Shown in pieces: positions 1-8,309 of a stretch of 51,452 nucleotides of DNA. The stretch is from a virus (lineage: Duplodnaviria > Caudoviricetes), in IMG/VR virus record IMGVR_UViG_3300045241_000033, positions 1 through 51,452 of that record; one strand, 5' to 3'. Numbering within the stretch: the first letter of the stretch is position 1; each line of letters begins with the position of its first letter. The position numbers were made by a program, and so were the translations under genes. The notes beneath the pieces were generated by a model that made no database searches, was not told where the DNA came from, and worked only from the letters and a program-made list of their open reading frames with translations.

Positions 1-307
1 CTTCGTCCATCGAGCCGAGCACGAAGATCGAGCTGACGGAGAGGTTGTTGTACGTGACCGGCTCGCCTGCCTTGTTCGTGCCGTCGTTGCGGTCGAACTT
101 ACCCTTCAGGACGACGATGTCGTTCTTCGCGACCTTGACGTGCTCGTGCGAGTCCCAGAGCGTTGCGCTCACCTTGATCGCGCTGCGGCCGAATCCGGCC
201 TGGCTCACGACGATGTTGCGGATGTCCTGCCCGGACTTGGTCGTGTTCTCGTTGGGCTCGAACTCCACGACGCCGACGACAGTGCGGTACGTTGCTTCAG
301 ATGCCAA
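1..307 (-). CDS. ssb: Single-stranded DNA-binding protein (partial copy, truncated by window start)
   Basis: Same reading frame as 49722-50102; TTG start at 307 after GGAG. Confidence 0.75.
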   Translation of the reverse strand, partial: MASEATYRTVVGVVEFEPNENTTKSGQDIRNIVVSQAGFGRSAIKVSATLWDSHEHVKVAKNDIVVLKGKFDRNDGTNKAGEPVTYNNLSVSSIFVLGSMDE

Positions 308-319
308 GTGTTGTCTCCT

Positions 320-718
320 CTAAGTGGATTGGTAGGCGGGGACGTACGCCTCGCGATAGAGCCGTACGAAGTGACCCCAGGACATGCGAACGATTTCTTC
401 CGTGTAGTGATCCACGAATCTCCGACCGGCCAGGTCACCGAGCGCGAGATAGTCGCGCACGAACATCTGGACGCAGTCGCGCCCGTTGCGCTTCGCTTCC
501 TTCACTGCGAGCACGGGGGGAAGCCCGGCCTTCGCTGCGTTCTCGACGGCCTGCTCCCAGTACGAGGTCAGGAAGGTGTACTTCTTGACGTACTTGATCT
601 CCAGGCCGACGCGGAGGCCTACGCAGTCGGGCGTGTCCGTGCCGGTCGGGCCGGATCGTTCCCCGCCCAGCTCACGGCACTTCTCCCTCTCAACTCTCTT
701 CCAGGGTTTATCCGCCAT
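320..718 (-). CDS. PD-(D/E)xK nuclease, Holliday junction resolvase-like (allele A)
   Basis: KPWKRVERE...PDCVG..GLEIK motif, W.QA..NA...PVL; lies between primase-helicase and SSB. Confidence 0.6.
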   Translation of the reverse strand: MADKPWKRVEREKCRELGGERSGPTGTDTPDCVGLRVGLEIKYVKKYTFLTSYWEQAVENAAKAGLPPVLAVKEAKRNGRDCVQMFVRDYLALGDLAGRRFVDHYTEEIVRMSWGHFVRLYREAYVPAYQST

Positions 719-899
719 AGCGACCGCGCCGCTCGAACTCACGCGCATACTTCTCGTCGTCCTTCAGACCGTCCACCTCGCGCGCAAGCAGCTCGAAGAA
801 CGTAAGAACTCTCCGCTGACGAAGCCAGAGCCAGCGCCAATCACGTTTAGTGTGGGAGACGCTAGCCAAGTAGCTCGGCCAGCCCTTCGTCGGTAACAC
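708..899 (-). CDS. Hypothetical protein
   Basis: Fills the gap between coupled minus-strand genes; start uncertain. Confidence 0.45.
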   Translation of the reverse strand: MLPTKGWPSYLASVSHTKRDWRWLWLRQRRVLTFFELLAREVDGLKDDEKYAREFERRGRYGG

Positions 900-1299
900 C
901 GAGCGGCTGGATCAGGTACTCACGTCGTGTGTACGAGTAGCCGATGATCTCGAACAGCTGGTGGCCGACACGGACAACGTCGGGGAAGCTGAGCTTGTGC
1001 CGTACATCGCTCCGCACAACGTCGCGCGAGTCGATGAAGTAGAAGTCCTCCCGAACCTTGACGCTCGTGTCCTTGAGGTCGATGACGCTCTCGGGCAACT
1101 CGTCCACCGCGGCGGACGACTGCTCCTCCAGGAACATCGTCACCTTCTCGGGCCAGTCTTCATCGACCGAGCCGGTGGGGATCCAGAAGGTACGCATGTC
1201 GCAGACGAGGCACCTCTCGAACTGCTTGTTGTGCGGGTAGTTGACGTTGTGAATCGAGCAGCGGCGTGCCCCGTCTCCGGGATCGCTTCGGTCGAACAT
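862..1299 (-). CDS. Hypothetical protein with N-terminal Zn-ribbon-like motif
   Basis: CSIH...CLVC; ATG overlaps the primase stop codon. Confidence 0.7.
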   Translation of the reverse strand: MFDRSDPGDGARRCSIHNVNYPHNKQFERCLVCDMRTFWIPTGSVDEDWPEKVTMFLEEQSSAAVDELPESVIDLKDTSVKVREDFYFIDSRDVVRSDVRHKLSFPDVVRVGHQLFEIIGYSYTRREYLIQPLGVTDEGLAELLG

Positions 1300-2630
1300 C
1301 AGTAGGGTGGCTCCTCCTCTTCGACTCGCTCCACCCGCGCCCAGCCGTCGTTCTCGATGTCGCCCACGATCTCCGCTTGGAGAGTGGACATGAGACGACG
1401 AGGCTTCGAGGGGAAGATGTTTAGCTTGCCGGTCTTGACGCCGCCCTTACCTTCGGCGGCGACCACTGAGATGACTTGGTCTGCGGAGTTGCGAATGGCA
1501 GACGCGCCGCGGGGGCCGCTGCCTTGTTTGTCGGTGTGGTGGACGAGCAGTACGGCTGCGCCGGTATCGCGTGCGATGGGGATGACGCCGCCCCGCATGA
1601 GTCTCGTCATGTCGGGGTTCGAGTTCTCCTCTGCGCCGAGCGTGACGCGACTCAGTGAGTCGATCACGACGAGCACGGGCTCGACCTCTAGCGTTTCCTC
1701 CAGCAGCTTCTCCGGCTCGTTCAGCAGGTCAACGCCCGCGTACCAGATGTACTCCAGGTTCTTCGCGTGCTTGTCCTTGTCGTACCCGAGCGCGTTCAGG
1801 CGCTGGAGCACGAGGCCTTCGGAGTTCTCCTCGTCCACGTAGACGACCGGGCCGTGGTGCATGAGCTTCCGGCCGAGGAACGTCTCGTCCCCGCCAGCGA
1901 CCGCGAGCGCGAGGGCCATCGTGATGAACGACTTCCCCACGCCGCCGTCTCCGGCGAGCACAGCTGCCTCGCTCCGGACGATCATGTCCTCGACCAACCA
2001 GTCGGTGTCGGGCACCGGCCGGTTCAGGTCGAGGCGGCGGTAGTGCCGCTTCGGCTCGTCGGCCTTCTTGAGCAGGACGCGGAACGCGTTCCAGTCGTAC
2101 GTGCGGAAGAACTCAGCGACGTCCTCGATCCCTTGCGGGAGCTGGACGCGCCGGGCTCTGCGCCCGAGGCACTTCTGGATCTTCGCCCAGGCCTCGTCGC
2201 CCTGCTTCTTCGCGGGGCCGTACGGGTCGTCGTTGTCGAAGACCACGAAGACCTTCTTCGCTTCTCCGAACAGCTCGGTGGCGTAGTGGTCCTTCCACGC
2301 GTTCAGTCCAGAGAGGCCGACGATGCTCGTCTTCCATGAGTCGGTCGCGGCCTGCCAGGCGGCCATCGTGTCGGTCTCGCCTTCGAGCAGGAGCATGTGC
2401 TTGCCCGGCTCGAAGCCGGGCGGCAGGAACGGAACCTGTCCGGCCTGCGTCGGCGGATCCCACCAGAAGCGGCGGTCTTCCTTGTCCCAGCCCTTGCGGT
2501 ACTTCGTCGCGTCCCCGTAGGGGAACTTGACGGTGTCAGGGCCGTCTGTTTCGACGCCGAATGCTTCGAGCGTGTCGGGGGTGATACCCCGTCGCGACTC
2601 GAACCACCGGGCCGCGTCGGGATGTATCAC
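1299..2630 (-). CDS. DNA primase-helicase (Toprim plus RepA/AAA_25-type helicase)
   Basis: Toprim LLEGETD and FDND; Walker A AGDGGVGKS, Walker B VVIDS, VHH..K..RGASA. Confidence 0.9.
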   Translation of the reverse strand: MIHPDAARWFESRRGITPDTLEAFGVETDGPDTVKFPYGDATKYRKGWDKEDRRFWWDPPTQAGQVPFLPPGFEPGKHMLLLEGETDTMAAWQAATDSWKTSIVGLSGLNAWKDHYATELFGEAKKVFVVFDNDDPYGPAKKQGDEAWAKIQKCLGRRARRVQLPQGIEDVAEFFRTYDWNAFRVLLKKADEPKRHYRRLDLNRPVPDTDWLVEDMIVRSEAAVLAGDGGVGKSFITMALALAVAGGDETFLGRKLMHHGPVVYVDEENSEGLVLQRLNALGYDKDKHAKNLEYIWYAGVDLLNEPEKLLEETLEVEPVLVVIDSLSRVTLGAEENSNPDMTRLMRGGVIPIARDTGAAVLLVHHTDKQGSGPRGASAIRNSADQVISVVAAEGKGGVKTGKLNIFPSKPRRLMSTLQAEIVGDIENDGWARVERVEEEEPPY

Positions 2631-2849
2631 CTACCCTTGCGACTGCGGAGCGGGGACTGTGGTCAGCTCTAGGAGTGCCGCTGTGACGGCCGTGTTCGGG
2701 TTCGACGCGATGTCGCGCAGCAGCACGAAGAACGTCTGCTCCAGCCGCTCAACGCGGAGGCGCAGGGCTTCGCTCTGCATTTCGAGCACGGCGATGATCT
2801 CTTCGTGACCTTGCGCTGCGGGGATCGGGGTCTGCTCTTCGATGGTCAG
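2631..2849 (-). CDS. Hypothetical coiled-coil protein (probable CTG start)
   Basis: GGAGG followed by CTGA overlapping the upstream stop; reads xTIEEQTPIP...LRVERLEQ. Confidence 0.55.
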   Translation of the reverse strand: MTIEEQTPIPAAQGHEEIIAVLEMQSEALRLRVERLEQTFFVLLRDIASNPNTAVTAALLELTTVPAPQSQG

Positions 2850-3286
2850 TTCGTTTCCTCCTGTCGGAACGCCGGGAACACGGCCGCCTCTTTGCCGAGG
2901 CGCGTGAGCACCTTCTCGGTGACTTTGTCCCAGCACTTGTCGCACTGGTTGTAACGCTCGGCCTTGTCATCTATGTAGACGCTGCCGGAGGGCTTCCCCC
3001 GCTTCGTCCAGATGTCGATGAACGTCAGGCCCGCGTTGTCGAGCGTGTCGCGGATGTACTGCACCTCGGCCTGAACCGAGATCGGGTCTTCGCACTGCCC
3101 CGTCCAGGGGTTGTGCGGGTTCGTGCGCGCCGATGAGATCATCAGCGTGAGGCCTGCGCGGTGCATCCGGCGCATGTTCTCCACGAAGCGCGGCATGAAC
3201 GTGGTCGGCCGCTCGGGCCACATAGCCGGGACGGCCGTGCCGTCCCAGTCCACGATGACCGTGTGGACAAGCTTAGACGGGGTCAC
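2846..3286 (-). CDS. HAD-superfamily hydrolase
   Basis: VDWDGT motif I, ISSAR motif II, KP..SVYIDD motifs III/IV. Confidence 0.8.
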   Translation of the reverse strand: MTPSKLVHTVIVDWDGTAVPAMWPERPTTFMPRFVENMRRMHRAGLTLMISSARTNPHNPWTGQCEDPISVQAEVQYIRDTLDNAGLTFIDIWTKRGKPSGSVYIDDKAERYNQCDKCWDKVTEKVLTRLGKEAAVFPAFRQEETN

Positions 3287-3794
3287 ACCAGGGCTCCGTG
3301 AAGGCGGGCGCTTCGTGCAGGCCCTCGTGTCCCTTGGGAATCTCGCAGTACCACTTCCGATCCGGGGACATGATCGGGCAGATGTTGTCGAAGGCGTCGT
3401 CCTGCAGGTCTAGTACCCCAGGTCGGGCACAGGGTGCCGCCGTCTCCAGTTTCGCCTTGACGTACTCCGCGCCGTTGACGTTGAAGAAGATGCCAGCGGC
3501 GTGATCCTCGTCGGTCTCGCCTTCGAGCCACAGCTCGAAGTGGCGTGCGGCTGACTCCTGGAACCGCTCGTACTCGGCCATGCCCTCAGCGAGCTGCCAG
3601 TTGCGGGGCTCGCCGGGCTTGCGTGTGTTGTCGTATTTCGCGGCGGCCTTCGACAGGTGCTCGGCCCAGCGGCGGAACATCGGGCCCGGACGGATCAGGA
3701 GGAAATTGATCTTCCCCTCCGTCGTGTCGCGCACCATGCCGGAGTCGAACTGCTGCCGGTTGCCGGAGTCCTTGACCTCGAACTCGTTGCTCAA
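3273..3794 (-). CDS. DUF5664-like dATP/dGTP diphosphohydrolase-domain protein
   Basis: KDSG.R..F.SGMVRD..EGK...L, A.KY...RNWQ, RH..W..G..DEDH.A..FN pattern. Confidence 0.7.
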   Translation of the reverse strand: MSNEFEVKDSGNRQQFDSGMVRDTTEGKINFLLIRPGPMFRRWAEHLSKAAAKYDNTRKPGEPRNWQLAEGMAEYERFQESAARHFELWLEGETDEDHAAGIFFNVNGAEYVKAKLETAAPCARPGVLDLQDDAFDNICPIMSPDRKWYCEIPKGHEGLHEAPAFTEPWCDPV

Positions 3795-4012
3795 GTGAGG
3801 TCGCGCCTCTCCGACTTGGGGACGCCCGCGGCTTTCAGCTTGTCATCCAGCAGGCTCCACACGGCGAACGTGTCGCGGCCCGGCTTGGAGAAGTTTCCGC
3901 CTAGAACCTTCGCGACGGCAAGCGCCTCTGTCCGGTCGAGAACGAGAGTGACGGTCTCGATGGGCGGCTCTACCGGCACGGGCTTACGTTGCTGCACTGT
4001 TACGGTTGCCAA
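3791..4012 (-). CDS. Hypothetical protein
   Basis: 73 aa ORF overlapping its neighbours in the operon. Confidence 0.6.
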   Translation of the reverse strand: MATVTVQQRKPVPVEPPIETVTLVLDRTEALAVAKVLGGNFSKPGRDTFAVWSLLDDKLKAAGVPKSERRDLT

Positions 4013-4775
4013 CTGATTTGCTCCATTCGTCGTAGTCGATTTTGTCGGCCCATGACGTCAGTGCGATCTCGTGATCGACGTCGATGGGGACGATCTCGTG
4101 TACATGCTCGAAGCCCCGGCGCATGAACACCGGCATCAGCCGGTTCAGCACGGGCAGCTCGCCCGTGGGGCCGTCGAGGATGATCTCGTCGTGTACGACC
4201 GAGACCATCTTCGTCTTCCAGTCTGCGGCCGTCGCGTGCTCGTGGACGTTCAGCAGTGCACGCTTCATGATCCCGGCGGCGCTGCCCTGGATGAGCTTGT
4301 TGAGCATCTTGTGCTCACCGAACTCCTCCATGTGCAGGTGCCGTCCGTCGATGCCGCGCAGGTATCCGCGCTTGGCGGTGACGCGCTTAACGTCGTCCTG
4401 CAGGATCGACACGAACGGGAAGTTCTTGTGGAACGTGCGGATCATCGCCTTAGCGTCGGCGGCGGTGCCGCCGAACTGCAGCTGGATCGTCTTCATGCCC
4501 CCGCCGTACATCAGCGAGAGGAACATGATCTTCCACTTCGTGCGCTCTTCCTTCGAAACGTCGGTCTGTCCGGTGACAAGCTGGGCGACCGCGGTGTACG
4601 GGTCGTAGCCCGCGCGGATGCGCGCAGCGAACTCGTCGTGCCCGAGCTTCGAGGCGAAGTACGCCGCGAGGCGGGGCTCGATGGATGCGTAGTCGAAGAA
4701 GGAAAAGGCCCCCCGCTTCGGCACGACCGCACGCTTCACGGTCGTGTCGTCGCGGGGGATGTTCTGCCAGTTCAT
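3984..4775 (-). CDS. polA: DNA polymerase family A, C-terminal palm/fingers subunit
   Basis: Begins NWQNIP; motif A DYASIEPR, motif B RTKWKIMFLSLMYG, NKLIQGSAA, motif C VHDE. Confidence 0.93.
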   Translation of the reverse strand: MNWQNIPRDDTTVKRAVVPKRGAFSFFDYASIEPRLAAYFASKLGHDEFAARIRAGYDPYTAVAQLVTGQTDVSKEERTKWKIMFLSLMYGGGMKTIQLQFGGTAADAKAMIRTFHKNFPFVSILQDDVKRVTAKRGYLRGIDGRHLHMEEFGEHKMLNKLIQGSAAGIMKRALLNVHEHATAADWKTKMVSVVHDEIILDGPTGELPVLNRLMPVFMRRGFEHVHEIVPIDVDHEIALTSWADKIDYDEWSKSVGNRNSAAT

Positions 4776-5086
4776 TAGCCGGTCACGATCTTGATGACTG
4801 GCTTAGATGCTTTCTCCGCCTGGAGCAGCTTCAGGAAGGTGTGCTCCTCGTTCAGTTGCTCGATGAGGATCGGATCCATGACGTAGCGCCAGACGCCCGT
4901 GCCCGCGTAGCGCGCGGTCGTCCCGCAGGTGCAGCCGTACTCCGGGAAGTTGAAGTCCTCCTCGTAGCCGTAGTCGTCGTACGAGTCAGGCGTGACGTCG
5001 TAGTCGTGCAGCCTGCACGACCACTCCCGGTCTTCGCGGTACTTCAGCCGGTAGCTGCCATAGCGCACCCCCGGTACGGGGTGCAT
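4775..5086 (-). CDS. Hypothetical protein (between PolA halves)
   Basis: 103 aa; its TAA overlaps the PolA-C ATG (TAATG). Confidence 0.7.
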   Translation of the reverse strand: MHPVPGVRYGSYRLKYREDREWSCRLHDYDVTPDSYDDYGYEEDFNFPEYGCTCGTTARYAGTGVWRYVMDPILIEQLNEEHTFLKLLQAEKASKPVIKIVTG

Positions 5087-5292
5087 CAGTCGATCCAGAC
5101 GACGATAGTCTTACCGCCGTGTCCGTGTATCGCGAGCAGGTCGTCCATGGAGGCGTAGATCGCCGTCGAGCTGTGCTTCGTGCGCCAACGCAGGACGGCG
5201 GTTCCGTCGGAGAACTCGACGCCGTCGGCGATGACACCCGTGCCGGAGATTCCGGTCTCGTCTTCGAGCCGGTTCAGGGCGAAGCGGAGCAT
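5086..5292 (-). CDS. Hypothetical phage protein (between PolA halves)
   Basis: 68 aa, D.TGISGTG.IADGVEFSDG...HGHGG; coupled to the next gene. Confidence 0.75.
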   Translation of the reverse strand: MLRFALNRLEDETGISGTGVIADGVEFSDGTAVLRWRTKHSSTAIYASMDDLLAIHGHGGKTIVVWID

Positions 5293-5294
5293 CG

Positions 5295-5981
5295 CTAGTC
5301 GAGCCCGGAGTCGTCAGAACTCAGCGTGATGCCGAGTGCTTCGGCACTGCCGGGCATGCTGATCTTCACCTTCGGCGTGTCGAGGGCGTCACGCGCGTCC
5401 TGCGCGTGGCCGATCAGCTCGGCATCCTCATACGCCTGACGGAACGCTTCGGACGCGTCATCGTCCGGCCCTGCGACCGGCACGATCATCGACTGCGGGA
5501 CGTTGTCGATGAGGACGTTGCCCATGATGTCCGTGACGGTGAACTTCGCCTCGGACTCGATCTGCGCCATACGCTCGTCCTGGATCTCCTGCAGCTCTGC
5601 AAGCTCGGCCTCCGCGATGGTGCGGGCCTCGTTGTACGCGGCAGCCTGCTCGCGGTTCTCGATGCGCCGCGCCTTGGACGTGCGCGTACGACGCTCCTGG
5701 CGCTCCTTGCGCCGGTTCTTGCGGCTCGTCGGCTGGGCCGGGCCCTTGATCTTGCGGGCCTGCTTCTTCAGCTTCGCGGCCATGCGGCCGACCACGGGGA
5801 ATGCTTCGGGATGTAGCGCGACCTGGCCCATGAAGACCGCGAGCTGTTCGTAGGACGCTTTCTCCTCGTCCGTCAGTACGACCAGCGTCTCGGCCTCATG
5901 GGCGCGGACGGTCACGTCTGCTGAGGCCCCGAGCAGGGCGGCCTGCTCGGGCGTCAACAGGATCTGTACTAGCTGGGTCAC
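5295..5981 (-). CDS. Hypothetical protein with Arg/Lys-rich helical segment (between PolA halves)
   Basis: GTG start in GTGA overlap at 5978-5981; 228 aa. Confidence 0.7.
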   Translation of the reverse strand: MTQLVQILLTPEQAALLGASADVTVRAHEAETLVVLTDEEKASYEQLAVFMGQVALHPEAFPVVGRMAAKLKKQARKIKGPAQPTSRKNRRKERQERRTRTSKARRIENREQAAAYNEARTIAEAELAELQEIQDERMAQIESEAKFTVTDIMGNVLIDNVPQSMIVPVAGPDDDASEAFRQAYEDAELIGHAQDARDALDTPKVKISMPGSAEALGITLSSDDSGLD

Positions 5982-6151
5982 ACGACCTCGTTCTCGAAGG
6001 CCGCGAAGATCGCTGCGCGCATCGTCTTGGTCTCGGGAAGAGCGGAATTGTCGGTGGCGCGCAGGTAGTGCCGCGCGTCCTCGATGGAGAGGCGCAGCAC
6101 GACCTCTTTCTCGACCGGCTCGACGGTTCGAAGCTCGGAGAGAATCTTCAA
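5978..6151 (-). CDS. Small hypothetical protein, 57 aa (not in ORF track)
   Basis: TAG-GAGG-CACC-TTG directly after the PolA-N stop; MKILSELRTVEPVEKEVVLRLSIEDA. Confidence 0.65.
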   Translation of the reverse strand: MKILSELRTVEPVEKEVVLRLSIEDARHYLRATDNSALPETKTMRAAIFAAFENEVV

Positions 6152-6159
6152 GGTGCCTC

Positions 6160-7275
6160 CTAGTTGTTGGATGCGGCGCTGGAGGACATGCGTCCTGTGC
6201 GCGCTGCGTCATCGTTGAAGTTGGGATGGACGTATCCATCGCGCTGCTCTTTCTTCAGCGTGACGAGGTACGTCGTGTGGATCTTCTTGTCGGAGCGGTA
6301 CTGCAGCAACGCCGCAGCCAGCTCGTCGTCGATGTCCCGCAGGACGTCAACGGCGGTGGATTCCAGCTTCACGCCGCGCTTTGCGAACGCTTCCGTGATC
6401 TGGACGGGCGACTGCGGGTTCAGGTCTGGGTTGCCGGTGAGCTTGACGATCTTCTCCCAGCCCTCCATGACCTTGACGCCGTACTCCGACGTGATGCAGT
6501 CGAGGTACGGGATGTCGAGCTTGAAGCTGTCGGCCTCCATGTCGAGTAGGACGAGCTTGAGCTGCATGAACTCGCGGTACAAGTCCTGGAGCCGGGCGTC
6601 CTGCAACTGCAGCTCCGGCAGGAGTTTCTCGTACAGCATGAGCGTGAAATCGGTGTCCTTGAGCGCGTACGGGACGAGCGCCTCCCGCGGGAGCAGGTGA
6701 TACCCGTCGTCCTTCTTGAGCTTCAGCTTGCGGCGTACGGCGCTGAGGTGGTGCTCCTCTTTCGGGACGCGCTTGAACGTGCCCTTGTTCGGGCCGGTCT
6801 TGATCTCGACCTCGATGGTGTCGTCCACCTTGAGCACGGTCGCAGCCAGGTGCTTCAGGCCCTTGCGTCCGTTCTCATCGAGCAGGACGTAGATCGTCTG
6901 CGTGTCGTGGATCTCTTTCTGCTGGATGTCCGCCAGCGTGAAGACGCCCGCGAGGATCAGCTTCTGCAGGTCGAATTTCGCGTTGTGGAAGACCCAGCGC
7001 GTGGCGAGCTGCATCAGGATGAGGCGCAGCTCCTGCACGCGCGTAGCGCGGCCGGGAACCTCGGGGTCGAGGTCGAAGTAGGCGTTGCGGAGGGAGCCGT
7101 CGAGACCACGCCAGGACAGCGTGGCCGCGAACGCGGAATCGTAGAACCCTACGCCCGATGTCTCCGTGTCAACCGCAACGGTCATGCTCTCCGGTGACAC
7201 ATCTGCGTCTGCGCGGAAACGCTTGTACCCCCACTCGGCCCAGGCGTTCCAGCGGTACTCCTTAAACCGCGGCAA
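6160..7275 (-). CDS. polA: DNA polymerase family A, N-terminal 3'-5' exonuclease/thumb subunit
   Basis: ExoI VDTET, ExoII HNAKFD, ExoIII YALKD, NPQSPVQI thumb motif; ends HPNF....ARTGRMSSS. Confidence 0.92.
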   Translation of the reverse strand: MPRFKEYRWNAWAEWGYKRFRADADVSPESMTVAVDTETSGVGFYDSAFAATLSWRGLDGSLRNAYFDLDPEVPGRATRVQELRLILMQLATRWVFHNAKFDLQKLILAGVFTLADIQQKEIHDTQTIYVLLDENGRKGLKHLAATVLKVDDTIEVEIKTGPNKGTFKRVPKEEHHLSAVRRKLKLKKDDGYHLLPREALVPYALKDTDFTLMLYEKLLPELQLQDARLQDLYREFMQLKLVLLDMEADSFKLDIPYLDCITSEYGVKVMEGWEKIVKLTGNPDLNPQSPVQITEAFAKRGVKLESTAVDVLRDIDDELAAALLQYRSDKKIHTTYLVTLKKEQRDGYVHPNFNDDAARTGRMSSSAASNN

Positions 7276-7582
7276 GTTCGTACCGCAGGTGCTCGCCGTT
7301 GGAGGCGAACACCATCAGGTTGTCGGGATCGTTGTTCGCTCGGTCAGCGTCGATGTGATGCACGACCTCGCCGGGCCGCAGAGTGCGGCCGAGCTTCTGC
7401 TCCATGACGAGGCGGTGCTCGTAGACGCGTTTGCCGTCCCGGCCGCACTTCACCTCGACGTAGCCGGTCACTGGGTTGACGTAGCGCCCGCCTTCCCAGC
7501 TCGGGTGCCGGTCTCCAGAGTTAGCTTCAGAGTTCTTACGTCGATGCTCTGCGGACTGCGGGCGGCCTTTCGGCCAAGGCAC
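7262..7582 (-). CDS. HNH endonuclease with NUMOD3-like N-terminus
   Basis: SAEHRRKNSE, YEHRLVME, EVVHHIDADRANNDPDNL. Confidence 0.88.
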   Translation of the reverse strand: MPWPKGRPQSAEHRRKNSEANSGDRHPSWEGGRYVNPVTGYVEVKCGRDGKRVYEHRLVMEQKLGRTLRPGEVVHHIDADRANNDPDNLMVFASNGEHLRYELAAV

Positions 7583-7583
7583 G

Positions 7584-8165
7584 TTAGGCCGCGCCGTGCT
7601 CTTCGAGCAGGCGCTGCAGCGTGGCCTTGTCGGACAGCTCGCTCGCCTGGATGCCGAAGAACTTCGCTACCTCGGCTGCGGTCGGCTTGGCCTTGTCGAG
7701 CCCGACCTTCGCGATGTCGAACGTCTTCTTCTTCAGCTCGGACTCGGTCGGATCCTTCTTCGGGCCCCGGCTGCTCGCGGAGTTGCCGTCGTCATCGGTC
7801 TCCGTGATGAGGCCGAGGATCGCGCCGATGGCGTAGCGGCGCGCGTACGTGATCGCGCTGCCCTGCCCCTGCGGCGTGGCCTTGTCGAGCGTGAGGAGCA
7901 TGACGGAAGCCTCTGCCTCGCCGGTCGGTACGTGCGTGAGGCGCGTGACCAACGTCGCCACCGGGCCCTCGCTGGAGTCCACGAAGCTCGGCTCCTGTGA
8001 CAGCAGGACGTCGTTCGCCTGCAGCACCGGCAGGGCTGTGCTGAGTAGGGCGTCGAGCGTGACGTAGTCGTTCTTGAAGTGCGGGTTCTGCTTGTCCTTC
8101 TCCAGCTTCGGCACAGCCTGCTGCACTGCGAGCAGTGCTTCGGCCAGCGTCTTTGCAGCTGCCAA
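7584..8165 (-). CDS. erf: ERF-family single-strand annealing protein
   Basis: KDKQNPHFKNDYVTLD and QGQGSAITYARRY motifs; TTG start after GGAGG. Confidence 0.9.
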   Translation of the reverse strand: MAAAKTLAEALLAVQQAVPKLEKDKQNPHFKNDYVTLDALLSTALPVLQANDVLLSQEPSFVDSSEGPVATLVTRLTHVPTGEAEASVMLLTLDKATPQGQGSAITYARRYAIGAILGLITETDDDGNSASSRGPKKDPTESELKKKTFDIAKVGLDKAKPTAAEVAKFFGIQASELSDKATLQRLLEEHGAA

Positions 8166-8309
8166 GTGAGTCCTCCTGTAGTTGAAAGATTTGTCGGGCG
8201 ACGCCCGATGAGCCGGGTCGTTCACGCCGTCGCGCTATCCGGGGGCCCAGTTCGCGGCGATCAGTCCGCTACTACAGAGCCCTGCACTCGGTCGCCCCTT
8301 CCCGCCTAT

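Larger units (their letters stand above)
1..1666. repeat. Terminal overlap, copy 1 (matches 49796-51452)
   Basis: Direct comparison: identical from about 700 to 1666; scattered SNPs in 1-700 and a divergent block at about 340-510 with a net 9 bp indel. Confidence 0.95.

Noticed and set aside
320-718. Diversity-generating retroelement template/variable repeat pair
   Set aside because: No reverse transcriptase in the genome; the differences are not adenine-specific and include an indel.
1-1666. Biological direct terminal repeat
   Set aside because: Both ends cut through genes and the copies differ, which fits an assembly overlap of a circular or permuted genome better.
3273-3794. 2-aminoadenine (Z-base) DNA pathway
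   Set aside because: A DUF5664-like protein is present but no PurZ/adenylosuccinate-synthetase-like gene is seen.
4776-6159. Group I intron or intein interrupting polA
   Set aside because: The interval is fully occupied by closely packed ORFs with RBSs or coupled starts; no intein termini, endonuclease motif or intron core is visible.
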